From positions 9,828 to 73,827 of the forward strand of contig JBGUQI010000011.1 of NCBI GenBank assembly GCA_045130875.1: a stretch of DNA of 64,000 bases. The letters run 5' to 3'. Source of the stretch: Bacilli bacterium. Lineage in GTDB: Bacteria > Bacillota_I > Bacilli_A > RFN20 > CAG-826. Under the pieces are notes generated by a model. The model was given only the letters and a program-made list of their open reading frames with translations. It was not told where the DNA came from and did no database searches. Shown here piece after piece: positions 1-8,450 of the stretch. Both the position numbers and the translations under genes were made by a program. How positions within the stretch are numbered: the first letter of the stretch is position 1; each line of letters opens with the position of its first letter.

Positions 1-344
1 AAATTCGCAAAAGTTCTCTTCTTATAGATGTAATAAGAAAAGATGGAAGCTAAGAATGTTCCAGTTAAAGAAGTAAAGAAATATACAGCGAATGAATTAC
101 CGATCATCCGCCAAAAACCACTACGGGAAATATCGTTTTTAAATAGACCTATGTTCGAGGAGATATCAAAGATGAATTTGCCATCCACTCTTTTTTGGAA
201 AGCCATGAAGAAAGATTGAAAGTTGACACCAAAATAGAAAATCCCTATTTGGATAATAGGGATGAGTAAAAGAACAATGTAGAAGAGTAAATCACCCTTC
301 CTCACAAACATTCTATTTTTGCGATTGATCTTTCTTCTTTCCAT
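1..344 (-). CDS. Carbohydrate ABC transporter permease (CUT1, LplB/MalF-like); N-terminal fragment, gene runs off the left edge
   Basis: Absent from the ORF track because it is truncated. My translation of the minus strand from the ATG at 342-344 gives MERRKINRKNRMFVRKGDLLFYIVLLLIPIIQIGIFYFGVNFQSFFMAFQKRVDGKF..., open to base 1. It aligns with the N-terminus of the in-window permease 46214..47137 (GDILFYCLVLIIPLAQIAIFYFGVNFQSILMSFQ). It lies a few nt downstream of the SBP stop. Confidence 0.8.
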   Translation of the reverse strand, partial: MERRKINRKNRMFVRKGDLLFYIVLLLIPIIQIGIFYFGVNFQSFFMAFQKRVDGKFIFDISSNIGLFKNDISRSGFWRMIGNSFAVYFFTSLTGTFLASIFSYYIYKKRTFAN

Positions 345-350
345 TAAATG

Positions 351-1982
351 CTATCTTTGTAAGGAACTCCAGAGACCATGGAAGTAATCGTATTGGCCAT
401 CGAAGTATGCGTTGACTGAAGGATTCTTCACTGTGGTAAAGTACATCCAAGGATGACGATAGACAGTACCGCCGATCTTGGTATTCCATGTCCAGTTAAA
501 GGCATTGAAATATAAATTGTTATCGAGTTCTAATTGATTAGAAGAATAGGGATAGAAAACATTCGCGGTCTTCTTCAAATTGATTAGTGATTTTGCATAG
601 GTTGTTAAGTTTGCTTGATCCTCTTCGCTAATCTCATAATTGAGAGGTCTAGTAATAGAGGTATCTCTTGTAAACTTAGAAAGCATCTTATCACTGTGTA
701 AGAATTTCATAAATTCTAATGCTAAATCTTTATTCTTAGAGGAGTTAGAAACAACACCAAAAGATTGAGATAAGGATAAGTAGGTATGTTTATAATTGCA
801 GGCTTCCGCTTTTGCTTCATCAGCAAATGGGATAGGCATAATCGCATAGTTATGTCTTTCACCATAGTTTTCTTCATATGTTTTGAAAGCGTTCTTGGCT
901 TCGTTTTCCCACCAGGAGCCTTCCACTAACATACCGATTGGTTTACCCAATTGGTGGCCATTGATAAATGATGTTTGTGCACCAGTATGGCTGGCTTCAA
1001 GTTTTCTATTGTAGTTCTCAGGATTACTGACTAGGACATCATTAAAGAATTTTAATGTTTTATAACGGCCAACCTGTCTTTGAAGTTCATAGCCATTATC
1101 ATCAGTAATTGTGGTTACCGCTTTATATGTAATGGTGCCATCATCAGCGATAGTATCCACTAAATCACTCGCGGTGCCATTAAGTGTTAAGGTGAGTTTC
1201 ATATTCTCCACACCTTCATAATCGGCAAAGACATTAAATAAATAGTTCGCGGTATATTCAATACCTCTTTCAGAGGCGATAAATGGAATGATGTTTTTAT
1301 CTAGCATCTTTTTGATGAGTTTATCAAATTCAGCGTATGTCGCTGGTAAGCCATCATCCATCGTTCCCGCTTGATTATCTGTACCTAAAGTTAAATCACC
1401 ATTCTTATTGACGAATTGACCGGCTTTGGAAAGATATAATTTTTGTTCATTCCATAAATCGACATCATAGACCATGCCATAGAATGAATCATAGAATGGA
1501 ATACCATACACTTTGTTATTAACGGTAAGATAATCCGCTAATGTGGGATCAATCTTTTCCATGATGGTTCTATCATCACCATAAGCGGTTAGTTTCTCAT
1601 TGACGATATTGGTGATTTCTAAGAATTTACCTTCTCTAGATAATTCACGATAGGCAATACCTTCGGTAAAGTAAATATCATGGTTTAAAGATGAGGTCTC
1701 AATATAGTTACCATCATATTGGGTGCTACCTTTAATAGAGACTTTGACACCCTTTCTACCTTCTTGGAAGTTTGTGGAATCTTTATAGAGCTCCTCAAAT
1801 TCTCTCGCGGCATTTTCTAACCAAGCAGTACCGATACCTTTATCTAAGGTTGCGACTGCAATGTTAGCCTTCGTGGGGTCTTCATCATCATCGCCTTTTT
1901 TCTTTCTACCCGCACATGCGGAGGCAAAAAGTGATAATCCTAATGAACTAACGCACAATAGTAATAAGGTTCTGTTTTTCAT
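351..1982 (-). CDS. Extracellular solute-binding lipoprotein of a sugar ABC importer (large LplA/YtcQ-like family 1 type)
   Basis: Signal peptide with lipobox LFASAC. About 540 aa. Clear paralog of 47139..48746 (IPFYDSFYG vs VPFYDCFYG; EGSWWENEA vs EGTWWENEA). Sits between a giant surface-protein gene and a permease gene. Confidence 0.85.
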   Translation of the reverse strand: MKNRTLLLLCVSSLGLSLFASACAGRKKKGDDDEDPTKANIAVATLDKGIGTAWLENAAREFEELYKDSTNFQEGRKGVKVSIKGSTQYDGNYIETSSLNHDIYFTEGIAYRELSREGKFLEITNIVNEKLTAYGDDRTIMEKIDPTLADYLTVNNKVYGIPFYDSFYGMVYDVDLWNEQKLYLSKAGQFVNKNGDLTLGTDNQAGTMDDGLPATYAEFDKLIKKMLDKNIIPFIASERGIEYTANYLFNVFADYEGVENMKLTLTLNGTASDLVDTIADDGTITYKAVTTITDDNGYELQRQVGRYKTLKFFNDVLVSNPENYNRKLEASHTGAQTSFINGHQLGKPIGMLVEGSWWENEAKNAFKTYEENYGERHNYAIMPIPFADEAKAEACNYKHTYLSLSQSFGVVSNSSKNKDLALEFMKFLHSDKMLSKFTRDTSITRPLNYEISEEDQANLTTYAKSLINLKKTANVFYPYSSNQLELDNNLYFNAFNWTWNTKIGGTVYRHPWMYFTTVKNPSVNAYFDGQYDYFHGLWSSLQR

Positions 1983-1984
1983 AT

Positions 1985-4900
1985 CTATCTAGCCTTCTTT
2001 CTTTTGATAATTAACATTGTTAATAATAGTGCTGACGCTAATAATGCAAAGATGGAAATCATGGAACCAGTAGTCACAACACTACCACCGCAACCTTTCT
2101 TTTGACTTCCATAAACATGGGAGGCTTTATATTGCTCAACAATATTATTGATTTGTTCAATACTAGTAGCTGCTTTAACAGCATCAATCGCTGCGGCAGT
2201 ATCTTTATTTAATTGCTCTTTTTGAGCTTCAGATAATTTAGATAAATCAATACTTCCATAATAGTTTTGGATTTCTAAAATGGCAGCCTGTCTAGCGGCT
2301 TCTAATTCTTCTTGTTCATATTCGCCTTTAGTCTTCAATCTATCGATTTTTGCCATCAAATCCTCGACAATTGCATTGATTTCATCATATGTAGTCGCAT
2401 TATTAATCGCTTCAATAGCTTCATCTTTATAATCTCTCATATCAGCGATTTCTTCTTCGCGATATTGATTTAATTGATCCTCTTTATAGCTATTCACCAG
2501 TTCAATCGCGGCATCTTGGAATTTTCTAAATGTGGTTCTATAGGCATCAATCTGCGCTAACGCTTGATTCAAAGTGGTTTCCACTTCTTCTTTTGTGGTG
2601 CAGTTATTAATCGCTGTTTTACCATTATTGATAATTTGAGTAATCGCTTCAGCATCTGCAGTGTCATATAAAGATAAGTCGACATATGTCTCCAATCTCT
2701 TACATGCATCCGCTTTAATTTCTTCTAAGGAGAATACTTGTTCCCAAGTTCCATTTGTGTAGAGGAATGTACATTTACCGAATGTCACCGCAACCTTGGT
2801 TTTGGTTTGATTATTGAAATAAGCAAATGTTCCTTCGATGACGACTTGGTCACCATCAACGACATCCGCGAAAGGAGAAACCATAATAACATAATCAAAG
2901 GTGCCAACCTTTTGAATAGAAGCAGAATATGGTTTGCTAACTTCTTGTGCATTATCGCCTCTAATTAATTTCATTTGAGAAGGGAAATATGAATATAATT
3001 CAACAGGTTCTTCAGAATCATATGGAATATCATTCGTATCCATACGAACATTGATATAGTTCTTTGAACTATTTTGATTATTCAATCTAAATGTTCCATA
3101 GTAAGAACCTTCGTTAACTTCAATATCGTTATCGTAATTACTAACTGTCGTTGTTCCTTCGTAATTGTTGTTTTCACGATTATCATCATTAGAAGAGATG
3201 GCAACACGTGGATTGACACAAATACCAAGGGAATCTACAACTTTACTAAATACATAAGAACCATTCACTTTAACGAATAACCAAGTAATATCAAAGTCGA
3301 TTAAATCGATGGCACCCACTTCAACATTGAGTTCAGTATTTAATGGGAAGGTGCCTTCATTGCCGCCAAGGAACTTATCATAATCTTCGGATAATAGAAC
3401 AACATAGCAACCATTTGTGCTAGTGCCTAAACCAAATTTATATCCATATAATGGATGTCCTCTTAAGACCACCATTAAGTTACCGCCACCCACGGCGGGT
3501 GTGGCATCACTATAATACTTAAACTGGAAGATGACATTACCTTTATCGTTACCATTAGAAGGAACGAAGGTATTTCTTCTTTCGTTTTCCAAAGCACTTG
3601 TGCTTAAATCATTCTTTCTCTCTTCTAAATCACCATGATAGGTTTGGCTTTCGAGGTTTAATTGATTTAAAGACACTCTGTCATAAACCGCTAAATAATC
3701 TTCATAGTTACCACTGTGAGATTCCACAGATTCAATCATTACTTCTTTTTTCACTTTCACAGCATCAATGTTAGCTTTTGCAGTTCTAAGAGCTTGGTTA
3801 ATCTCGCCTTTTGTGGTTGCGCTATTGATCGCGGCAATACAAGTATTGATATAACCAGTTATTACTGTTTGCTCAGCTGGGAAGTAATTATCTAAATCAA
3901 CATAATTACTAATTTCTTCAATTGCTGCTTCCTTTAATTCTGTCAAATATCTAGCGGCAGCTTCTGGATCCATCTCAATAGCATCAAGTGCATCGACGAT
4001 TTCATTATATTTCGCATATACGCCTTTAACAGAGGTAGGCGCTAATAAGTTTTCTTCAACATTTTCTAATATCGCGGCCACTGCTTGCGCATTTTCATCC
4101 GCATAATTATTCACATCATAACTAGATAAAATCTTATCCACTAAATATGATCTGAAATTGACCACTTCATAATCATTCGCACCATTACCAAATTTATGGA
4201 AAGCCGCTTCACTTAAAGTGAAACCCATGGATTTGTTTTCTTCTAAGGTGACATTGCCTTTATAAGCAAAAGTTCCATCAAAGACCACTAATGAGTCTAA
4301 GGAGATAAGACTGTTCCAGCCTTGCATATCACCATTGGCGCAGACAAAGAATAAATAACCGTGGTTGTCTCTTCTCTTAAGAGCGGGTTTTTCAACCGCG
4401 GCTACTGGTTGTCCATCAATATATACATTCTCAGTGCTGGTTGGATAATATCCATAAGTATCACCAGTAACTGGAGCATCTGATTGTTCTAGGCCCATTA
4501 AGTTAAACAAGAAAGCCCACTGTTGGTCAGGTTCTGGAGGCATAGATGGAGTTCCACCATCAACCACCACTTGTGGTATAGCGGTAAAATAAGAACGTTT
4601 GCTACTTTGAGAAACAATAAAGGAAGTCTCTTTAATATTGAGAACATATTTGCCGTCAAATCCTGAACTACCATCTCTATCACTGGATATGAAATCCCCT
4701 TTGATGGTGTAGATATCACCATGTTGAGGTTTATATTCACCCATCATCCAGTCTTCTAAAGCGTAAACTGTATCGGAATATTTAGTGATCATTTCCCAAG
4801 CACTGTTTGTGGCGAGGTTATGAGTAACACCATTACGCGTAATGGTTACACAATCTTCACTTAGTGGACGATATCTAAGAGATGAGTCTGGTTCATATGG

Positions 4901-5101
4901 AGCAGCATTGGGCAGCATATTGAATTTCTTAACACTGATGTTGCCATCGGTATTTGTTGAACAATAACTACCTTGTACGGGGATAACGTCATCCGCCTGC
5001 GCGATAGAAAAAACATTGGAATGGATGGAAGTAAAAAATCCAGCCACAAGGCCTAGCGTCGCGGGAATAACGAATAATTTGGAGATAATTTTTTTCTTCA
5101 T
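1985..5101 (-). CDS. Giant membrane-anchored surface protein, family A (3 beta modules, 1 jelly-roll-like module, 2 helical repeat stalks, KKGCGGS + TM anchor); putative glycan binder, function unknown
   Basis: 1038-aa ORF with AAGGA about 8 nt upstream of the ATG. N-terminal signal peptide (KKKIISKLFVIPATLGLVAGFF...AQA). C-terminus is KKGCGGSVVTTGSMISIFALLASALLLTMLIIKRKKAR. Same module order as 48758..52387. Its stop is 3 nt before the SBP start. Confidence 0.75.
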   Translation of the reverse strand: MKKKIISKLFVIPATLGLVAGFFTSIHSNVFSIAQADDVIPVQGSYCSTNTDGNISVKKFNMLPNAAPYEPDSSLRYRPLSEDCVTITRNGVTHNLATNSAWEMITKYSDTVYALEDWMMGEYKPQHGDIYTIKGDFISSDRDGSSGFDGKYVLNIKETSFIVSQSSKRSYFTAIPQVVVDGGTPSMPPEPDQQWAFLFNLMGLEQSDAPVTGDTYGYYPTSTENVYIDGQPVAAVEKPALKRRDNHGYLFFVCANGDMQGWNSLISLDSLVVFDGTFAYKGNVTLEENKSMGFTLSEAAFHKFGNGANDYEVVNFRSYLVDKILSSYDVNNYADENAQAVAAILENVEENLLAPTSVKGVYAKYNEIVDALDAIEMDPEAAARYLTELKEAAIEEISNYVDLDNYFPAEQTVITGYINTCIAAINSATTKGEINQALRTAKANIDAVKVKKEVMIESVESHSGNYEDYLAVYDRVSLNQLNLESQTYHGDLEERKNDLSTSALENERRNTFVPSNGNDKGNVIFQFKYYSDATPAVGGGNLMVVLRGHPLYGYKFGLGTSTNGCYVVLLSEDYDKFLGGNEGTFPLNTELNVEVGAIDLIDFDITWLFVKVNGSYVFSKVVDSLGICVNPRVAISSNDDNRENNNYEGTTTVSNYDNDIEVNEGSYYGTFRLNNQNSSKNYINVRMDTNDIPYDSEEPVELYSYFPSQMKLIRGDNAQEVSKPYSASIQKVGTFDYVIMVSPFADVVDGDQVVIEGTFAYFNNQTKTKVAVTFGKCTFLYTNGTWEQVFSLEEIKADACKRLETYVDLSLYDTADAEAITQIINNGKTAINNCTTKEEVETTLNQALAQIDAYRTTFRKFQDAAIELVNSYKEDQLNQYREEEIADMRDYKDEAIEAINNATTYDEINAIVEDLMAKIDRLKTKGEYEQEELEAARQAAILEIQNYYGSIDLSKLSEAQKEQLNKDTAAAIDAVKAATSIEQINNIVEQYKASHVYGSQKKGCGGSVVTTGSMISIFALLASALLLTMLIIKRKKAR

Positions 5102-5192
5102 TATTGTTTCCTTAACTTTGTATTCTTACTAATATTGTAAAACTTTTATTTGTGTATACAATAAACTATTTATCGTAATATTCCGTTTTGTT

Positions 5193-6074
5193 GTGTTTTC
5201 AAAATGTCCTAACTATAATGACAATATGGACAAAAAAGACATTTATTATATCAGTGAGGACTTCAAAGATATCGCTGTCAGTGGACGTTTTTGGCCTGTT
5301 GATGACTATCCACTCCACTATCATGACCATTATGAGATGGAATTGGTGACCGATGGACAAGGCTCACAATTTTTCAACGGTGTATCAACAAACTTAAAGA
5401 AAAAAGATATCTTTTTGTTGCGACCACTCGACTATCATAAAATTCATTCTGATGGCATAACCATTAGGCACGTTAAAGTCATACCAAGCTTATTGCCAAA
5501 ATGGATTATTAAAATTACCCATTCACTGAAGAATCCTGTGGTCATCAATCTAAGTGATGAAGAGTTCAATAAATTCCAATATCTTTTTGATTTATTAGAA
5601 GAGGAACTAAAGAAAGAACATGAAGAATTCCTTGATGCCAAAACCAGCATTTTAGAATTACTCTTCAACTACTTCTTAAGATTAGATAACACAAACGTTT
5701 TAAATGAGAACGAAACAGTGACAAAAATCATTTATTTCTTGCAAAAAGGCAATCATTTTACAGAAAAAGTGACATTAGATGAGATTGCAGAATATGTTGG
5801 TTATTCCAAATATTACACCAGTTCTATCTTCCACAAACAATATGGAATCACCATCCAGGATTTCATTATCAATAAGAGAATTGAATACGCTAAGAAGTTG
5901 ATATTAGAAACCAACTATTCAATGACGGACATCATCCTTGAATGTGGTTTCTCATCTATCAGTAATTTCTATTCCAAATTTATCGACCGCGTTGGTTGTT
6001 CACCTTTAAAATTTAAGAAGATGAACAAGAAAGAAACAAAGGACAATATCGTCAATGAAGAAACTTTTAAATAA
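5193..6074 (+). CDS. AraC/XylS-family transcriptional regulator (cupin sensor + C-terminal HTH)
   Basis: N-terminal cupin-like HYHDHYEMELV...G; C-terminal AraC HTH (LDEIAEYVGYSKYYTSSIFHKQYG ... ECGFSSISNFYSKFIDRVGCSPLKFKK). Divergent from the giant-protein operon. The track start at 5193 is GTG; the ATG at 5226 (MDKKDIYY) is an equally plausible start. Confidence 0.85.
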   Translation: MFSKCPNYNDNMDKKDIYYISEDFKDIAVSGRFWPVDDYPLHYHDHYEMELVTDGQGSQFFNGVSTNLKKKDIFLLRPLDYHKIHSDGITIRHVKVIPSLLPKWIIKITHSLKNPVVINLSDEEFNKFQYLFDLLEEELKKEHEEFLDAKTSILELLFNYFLRLDNTNVLNENETVTKIIYFLQKGNHFTEKVTLDEIAEYVGYSKYYTSSIFHKQYGITIQDFIINKRIEYAKKLILETNYSMTDIILECGFSSISNFYSKFIDRVGCSPLKFKKMNKKETKDNIVNEETFK

Positions 6075-8388
6075 TTGGGAAATATTTTCAGATAATATTG
6101 GACCATTAAAGGGGCGGGTTCCTTGCAGTGTTTTATCTATCCTTTTGGATCACAAAATCATTCCTCATCCCTACTATGAAGATAACGAAAAGAAAGTCCA
6201 AAAATATTTAGAAGATGACTACACTTTTAAATCTTCATTTTCTTTGTCAAAAGAAGAATTAAATAATTTTAATTATTTATGTTTTGATTGTTTGGACACG
6301 ATTGCCTCTATTTATATCAATGGAAATCATGTCTTCGACAGCAAGAATTTTCACTTATCTCAAAAGATTGAATTAGACTCCAAAATCTTGAAAGAAAATA
6401 ACATCATCGAGATCAAGTTCAAGTCAAATTATAAATATATAAATAAATATGATGATAAAGGATTATTCAAAACCTATAGTGAGACCAATCCTAAGTCTAT
6501 CGTTATGAGAAAGCCCAATTATATGTTTGGTTGGGACTGGGCTCCAGATTTACCAGACATGGGTATCTTAGGTGAGATTTATATATTGTCTACTAAAGAA
6601 GGACATCTTGAATCATTTAAATACGAATATGAATTCTTAAATGACAAACAATTAAGATTGGATTTAGATATCGATTATGTGTTACATAATAGGTCCCAAG
6701 TTGAAGTATCACTATTATTTGATGACAAGGTCTTGTTCAAAAAAACAAACGACTTAATGGACAAAAATAGTTATTCAATAATTGTTGATGATTATAAGCT
6801 ATGGTACCCCAATGGTTATGGAGAACAGCCACTTTATGAATTGGTGATCAAGACCAATGAAAATACATACTCATATAAGATTGGTTTTAAAGATATTAAA
6901 TTCAATTTCGATAGAACCGATTCTGGAAGAGATTTCTCCATCATCATCAATGGTGTGAAAGTGTTCCTTCAAGGTTTTGATTATGTCCCTGAGGATAGTA
7001 TTTTAACTTTAGTTAATAACGAAAGAACAAATAAAACATTAGCACTTGTTAAAGACTGCCATGCAAATGTAATAAGGATTTGGGGTGGCGGTTATTATCC
7101 AAGTGACTATTTACTACAAAGATGTGATGAACTAGGTATCTTAGTATGGCAAGATCTGATGTTTGCGGATGCCGCTTATAACTATGAAGATAGAGAATTC
7201 ATGTCATTAGTAAGAGATGAAATTGCATATCAAGTTAAGAGGATAAGAAACCATCCTTCATTACTACTTATTTGTGGTAACAATGAAAACGAAAGCGCTA
7301 TCAATGGACATGAAGAAATATTAAAAGAACACTTCATCAAAATGTTCTGCGAGGAAGTACCAAATATCGTCAAAAACCTCACAAATACCCAATATTTGCA
7401 TAGTTCTCCCACAAATTTGGATCCTTTATTCAATCGTCCAAATGATCCAAATACCTTTGATGTCCACTACTGGGGTGTGGGTAATGGTAATGAACCTTAT
7501 GAAAAATATAGTGAAATACTTCCACCGATGTTATCGGAATTTGGATTATGGTCTTTGCCCACTGTTAACACATTAAGAAAATATGTCGGTAACGAATTAG
7601 AGGCCCACAATAAACGCGATGGTAACTTTGAAAGAATCAATAATGCTTTAGAAGTTGAATTCAAACCTTATAAGAATATAGAGGAATATATTTATCTATC
7701 TCAGTTATATCAAGCTAGAGGTGTGAGATATTGTTTTGAACATCTGAGAAATAATATGACTAGATGTCATGGAGGTATTTATTGGCAATTCAATGATTGC
7801 TGGCCCGTTATCTCCTGTTCTGTCTTAGATTATGACTTTATCCCAAAACCCGCTTATTACTACCTAAAAAGGGCCTTTAATAATGAGTTAATAATTATCA
7901 ATGAAAAAGATGATGTCATCACGATAAAGATTTCTAATCTTTTAAATGAGAAAAAGAATTATGTCTTATGTTATGAACACATCAACTTTGATAACAAGAT
8001 AATTAATAAGAAGGAAATCAAATTATCAGTTAATAAGACATCCACTACTTTTGTGATTAGATTTGACTCGCCACTTAAAAACAACGATGAACTTTTAGTG
8101 GCCACTCTTAAAGATGAAGAAGGTCATGAAGTATCTAGATCTTTCTATCAAAAGAATAAAGATAGATATATTGATTATCCAAAAGCAGCACCGACTATCA
8201 CTAAGATAGCAGAGAAGAAATTCAGGATTACCGCCAATACATTTATTAAGGATTTATATTTATACGCGAAAGATGCAATCTTCAGTGATAACTATATGAC
8301 TTTATTAAAAGACGAAGAAATAATAGTCTCGGCTGATAAAAATATTGAAATAAAAGATATTCAATTATTGAGTATTAATAATTTATAA
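6055..8388 (+). CDS. GH2 glycoside hydrolase, beta-mannosidase-like (cytoplasmic)
   Basis: No signal peptide. N-terminus WEIFSD...PCSVLSILLDHKIIPHPYYEDNE and WDWAPDLPDMGILGEIY match what I remember of beta-mannosidase-clade GH2. CGNNENES is the likely acid/base NE and MLSEFGLWS the likely nucleophile E. Overlaps the AraC gene by 20 nt. Confidence 0.8.
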   Translation: MKKLLNNWEIFSDNIGPLKGRVPCSVLSILLDHKIIPHPYYEDNEKKVQKYLEDDYTFKSSFSLSKEELNNFNYLCFDCLDTIASIYINGNHVFDSKNFHLSQKIELDSKILKENNIIEIKFKSNYKYINKYDDKGLFKTYSETNPKSIVMRKPNYMFGWDWAPDLPDMGILGEIYILSTKEGHLESFKYEYEFLNDKQLRLDLDIDYVLHNRSQVEVSLLFDDKVLFKKTNDLMDKNSYSIIVDDYKLWYPNGYGEQPLYELVIKTNENTYSYKIGFKDIKFNFDRTDSGRDFSIIINGVKVFLQGFDYVPEDSILTLVNNERTNKTLALVKDCHANVIRIWGGGYYPSDYLLQRCDELGILVWQDLMFADAAYNYEDREFMSLVRDEIAYQVKRIRNHPSLLLICGNNENESAINGHEEILKEHFIKMFCEEVPNIVKNLTNTQYLHSSPTNLDPLFNRPNDPNTFDVHYWGVGNGNEPYEKYSEILPPMLSEFGLWSLPTVNTLRKYVGNELEAHNKRDGNFERINNALEVEFKPYKNIEEYIYLSQLYQARGVRYCFEHLRNNMTRCHGGIYWQFNDCWPVISCSVLDYDFIPKPAYYYLKRAFNNELIIINEKDDVITIKISNLLNEKKNYVLCYEHINFDNKIINKKEIKLSVNKTSTTFVIRFDSPLKNNDELLVATLKDEEGHEVSRSFYQKNKDRYIDYPKAAPTITKIAEKKFRITANTFIKDLYLYAKDAIFSDNYMTLLKDEEIIVSADKNIEIKDIQLLSINNL

Positions 8389-8408
8389 ATCTCATAAACA
8401 TAACAAAA

Positions 8409-8436
8409 GACGGACCATAAGGCCCGTCCTTTTTAA
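8409..8436. terminator. Bidirectional rho-independent terminator between convergent genes
   Basis: GACGGACC-ataa-GGCCCGTC stem (7 of 8 bp). Flanked by AAAA on the left and CTTTTT on the right, so it has a U-tract in both orientations. Lies between the GH2 stop (8388) and the stop of 8451..11609. Confidence 0.75.
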
Positions 8437-8450
8437 CTATTTGATAGTTA

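Noticed and set aside
2738-4740. Short ORFs (60-130 aa) on the opposite strand or in alternative frames inside long CDSs. Examples: 2738..2968, 3074..3280, 4498..4740, 8455..8670, 11130..11375, 22148..22444, 52065..52445, 54441..54824, 59092..59403, 61038..61349, 63562..63837.
   Set aside because: All lie wholly within much longer ORFs that have coherent signal peptides, domains or family motifs. Their translations are low-complexity or hydrophobic shadows typical of AT-rich antisense frames. None has a convincing SD sequence.
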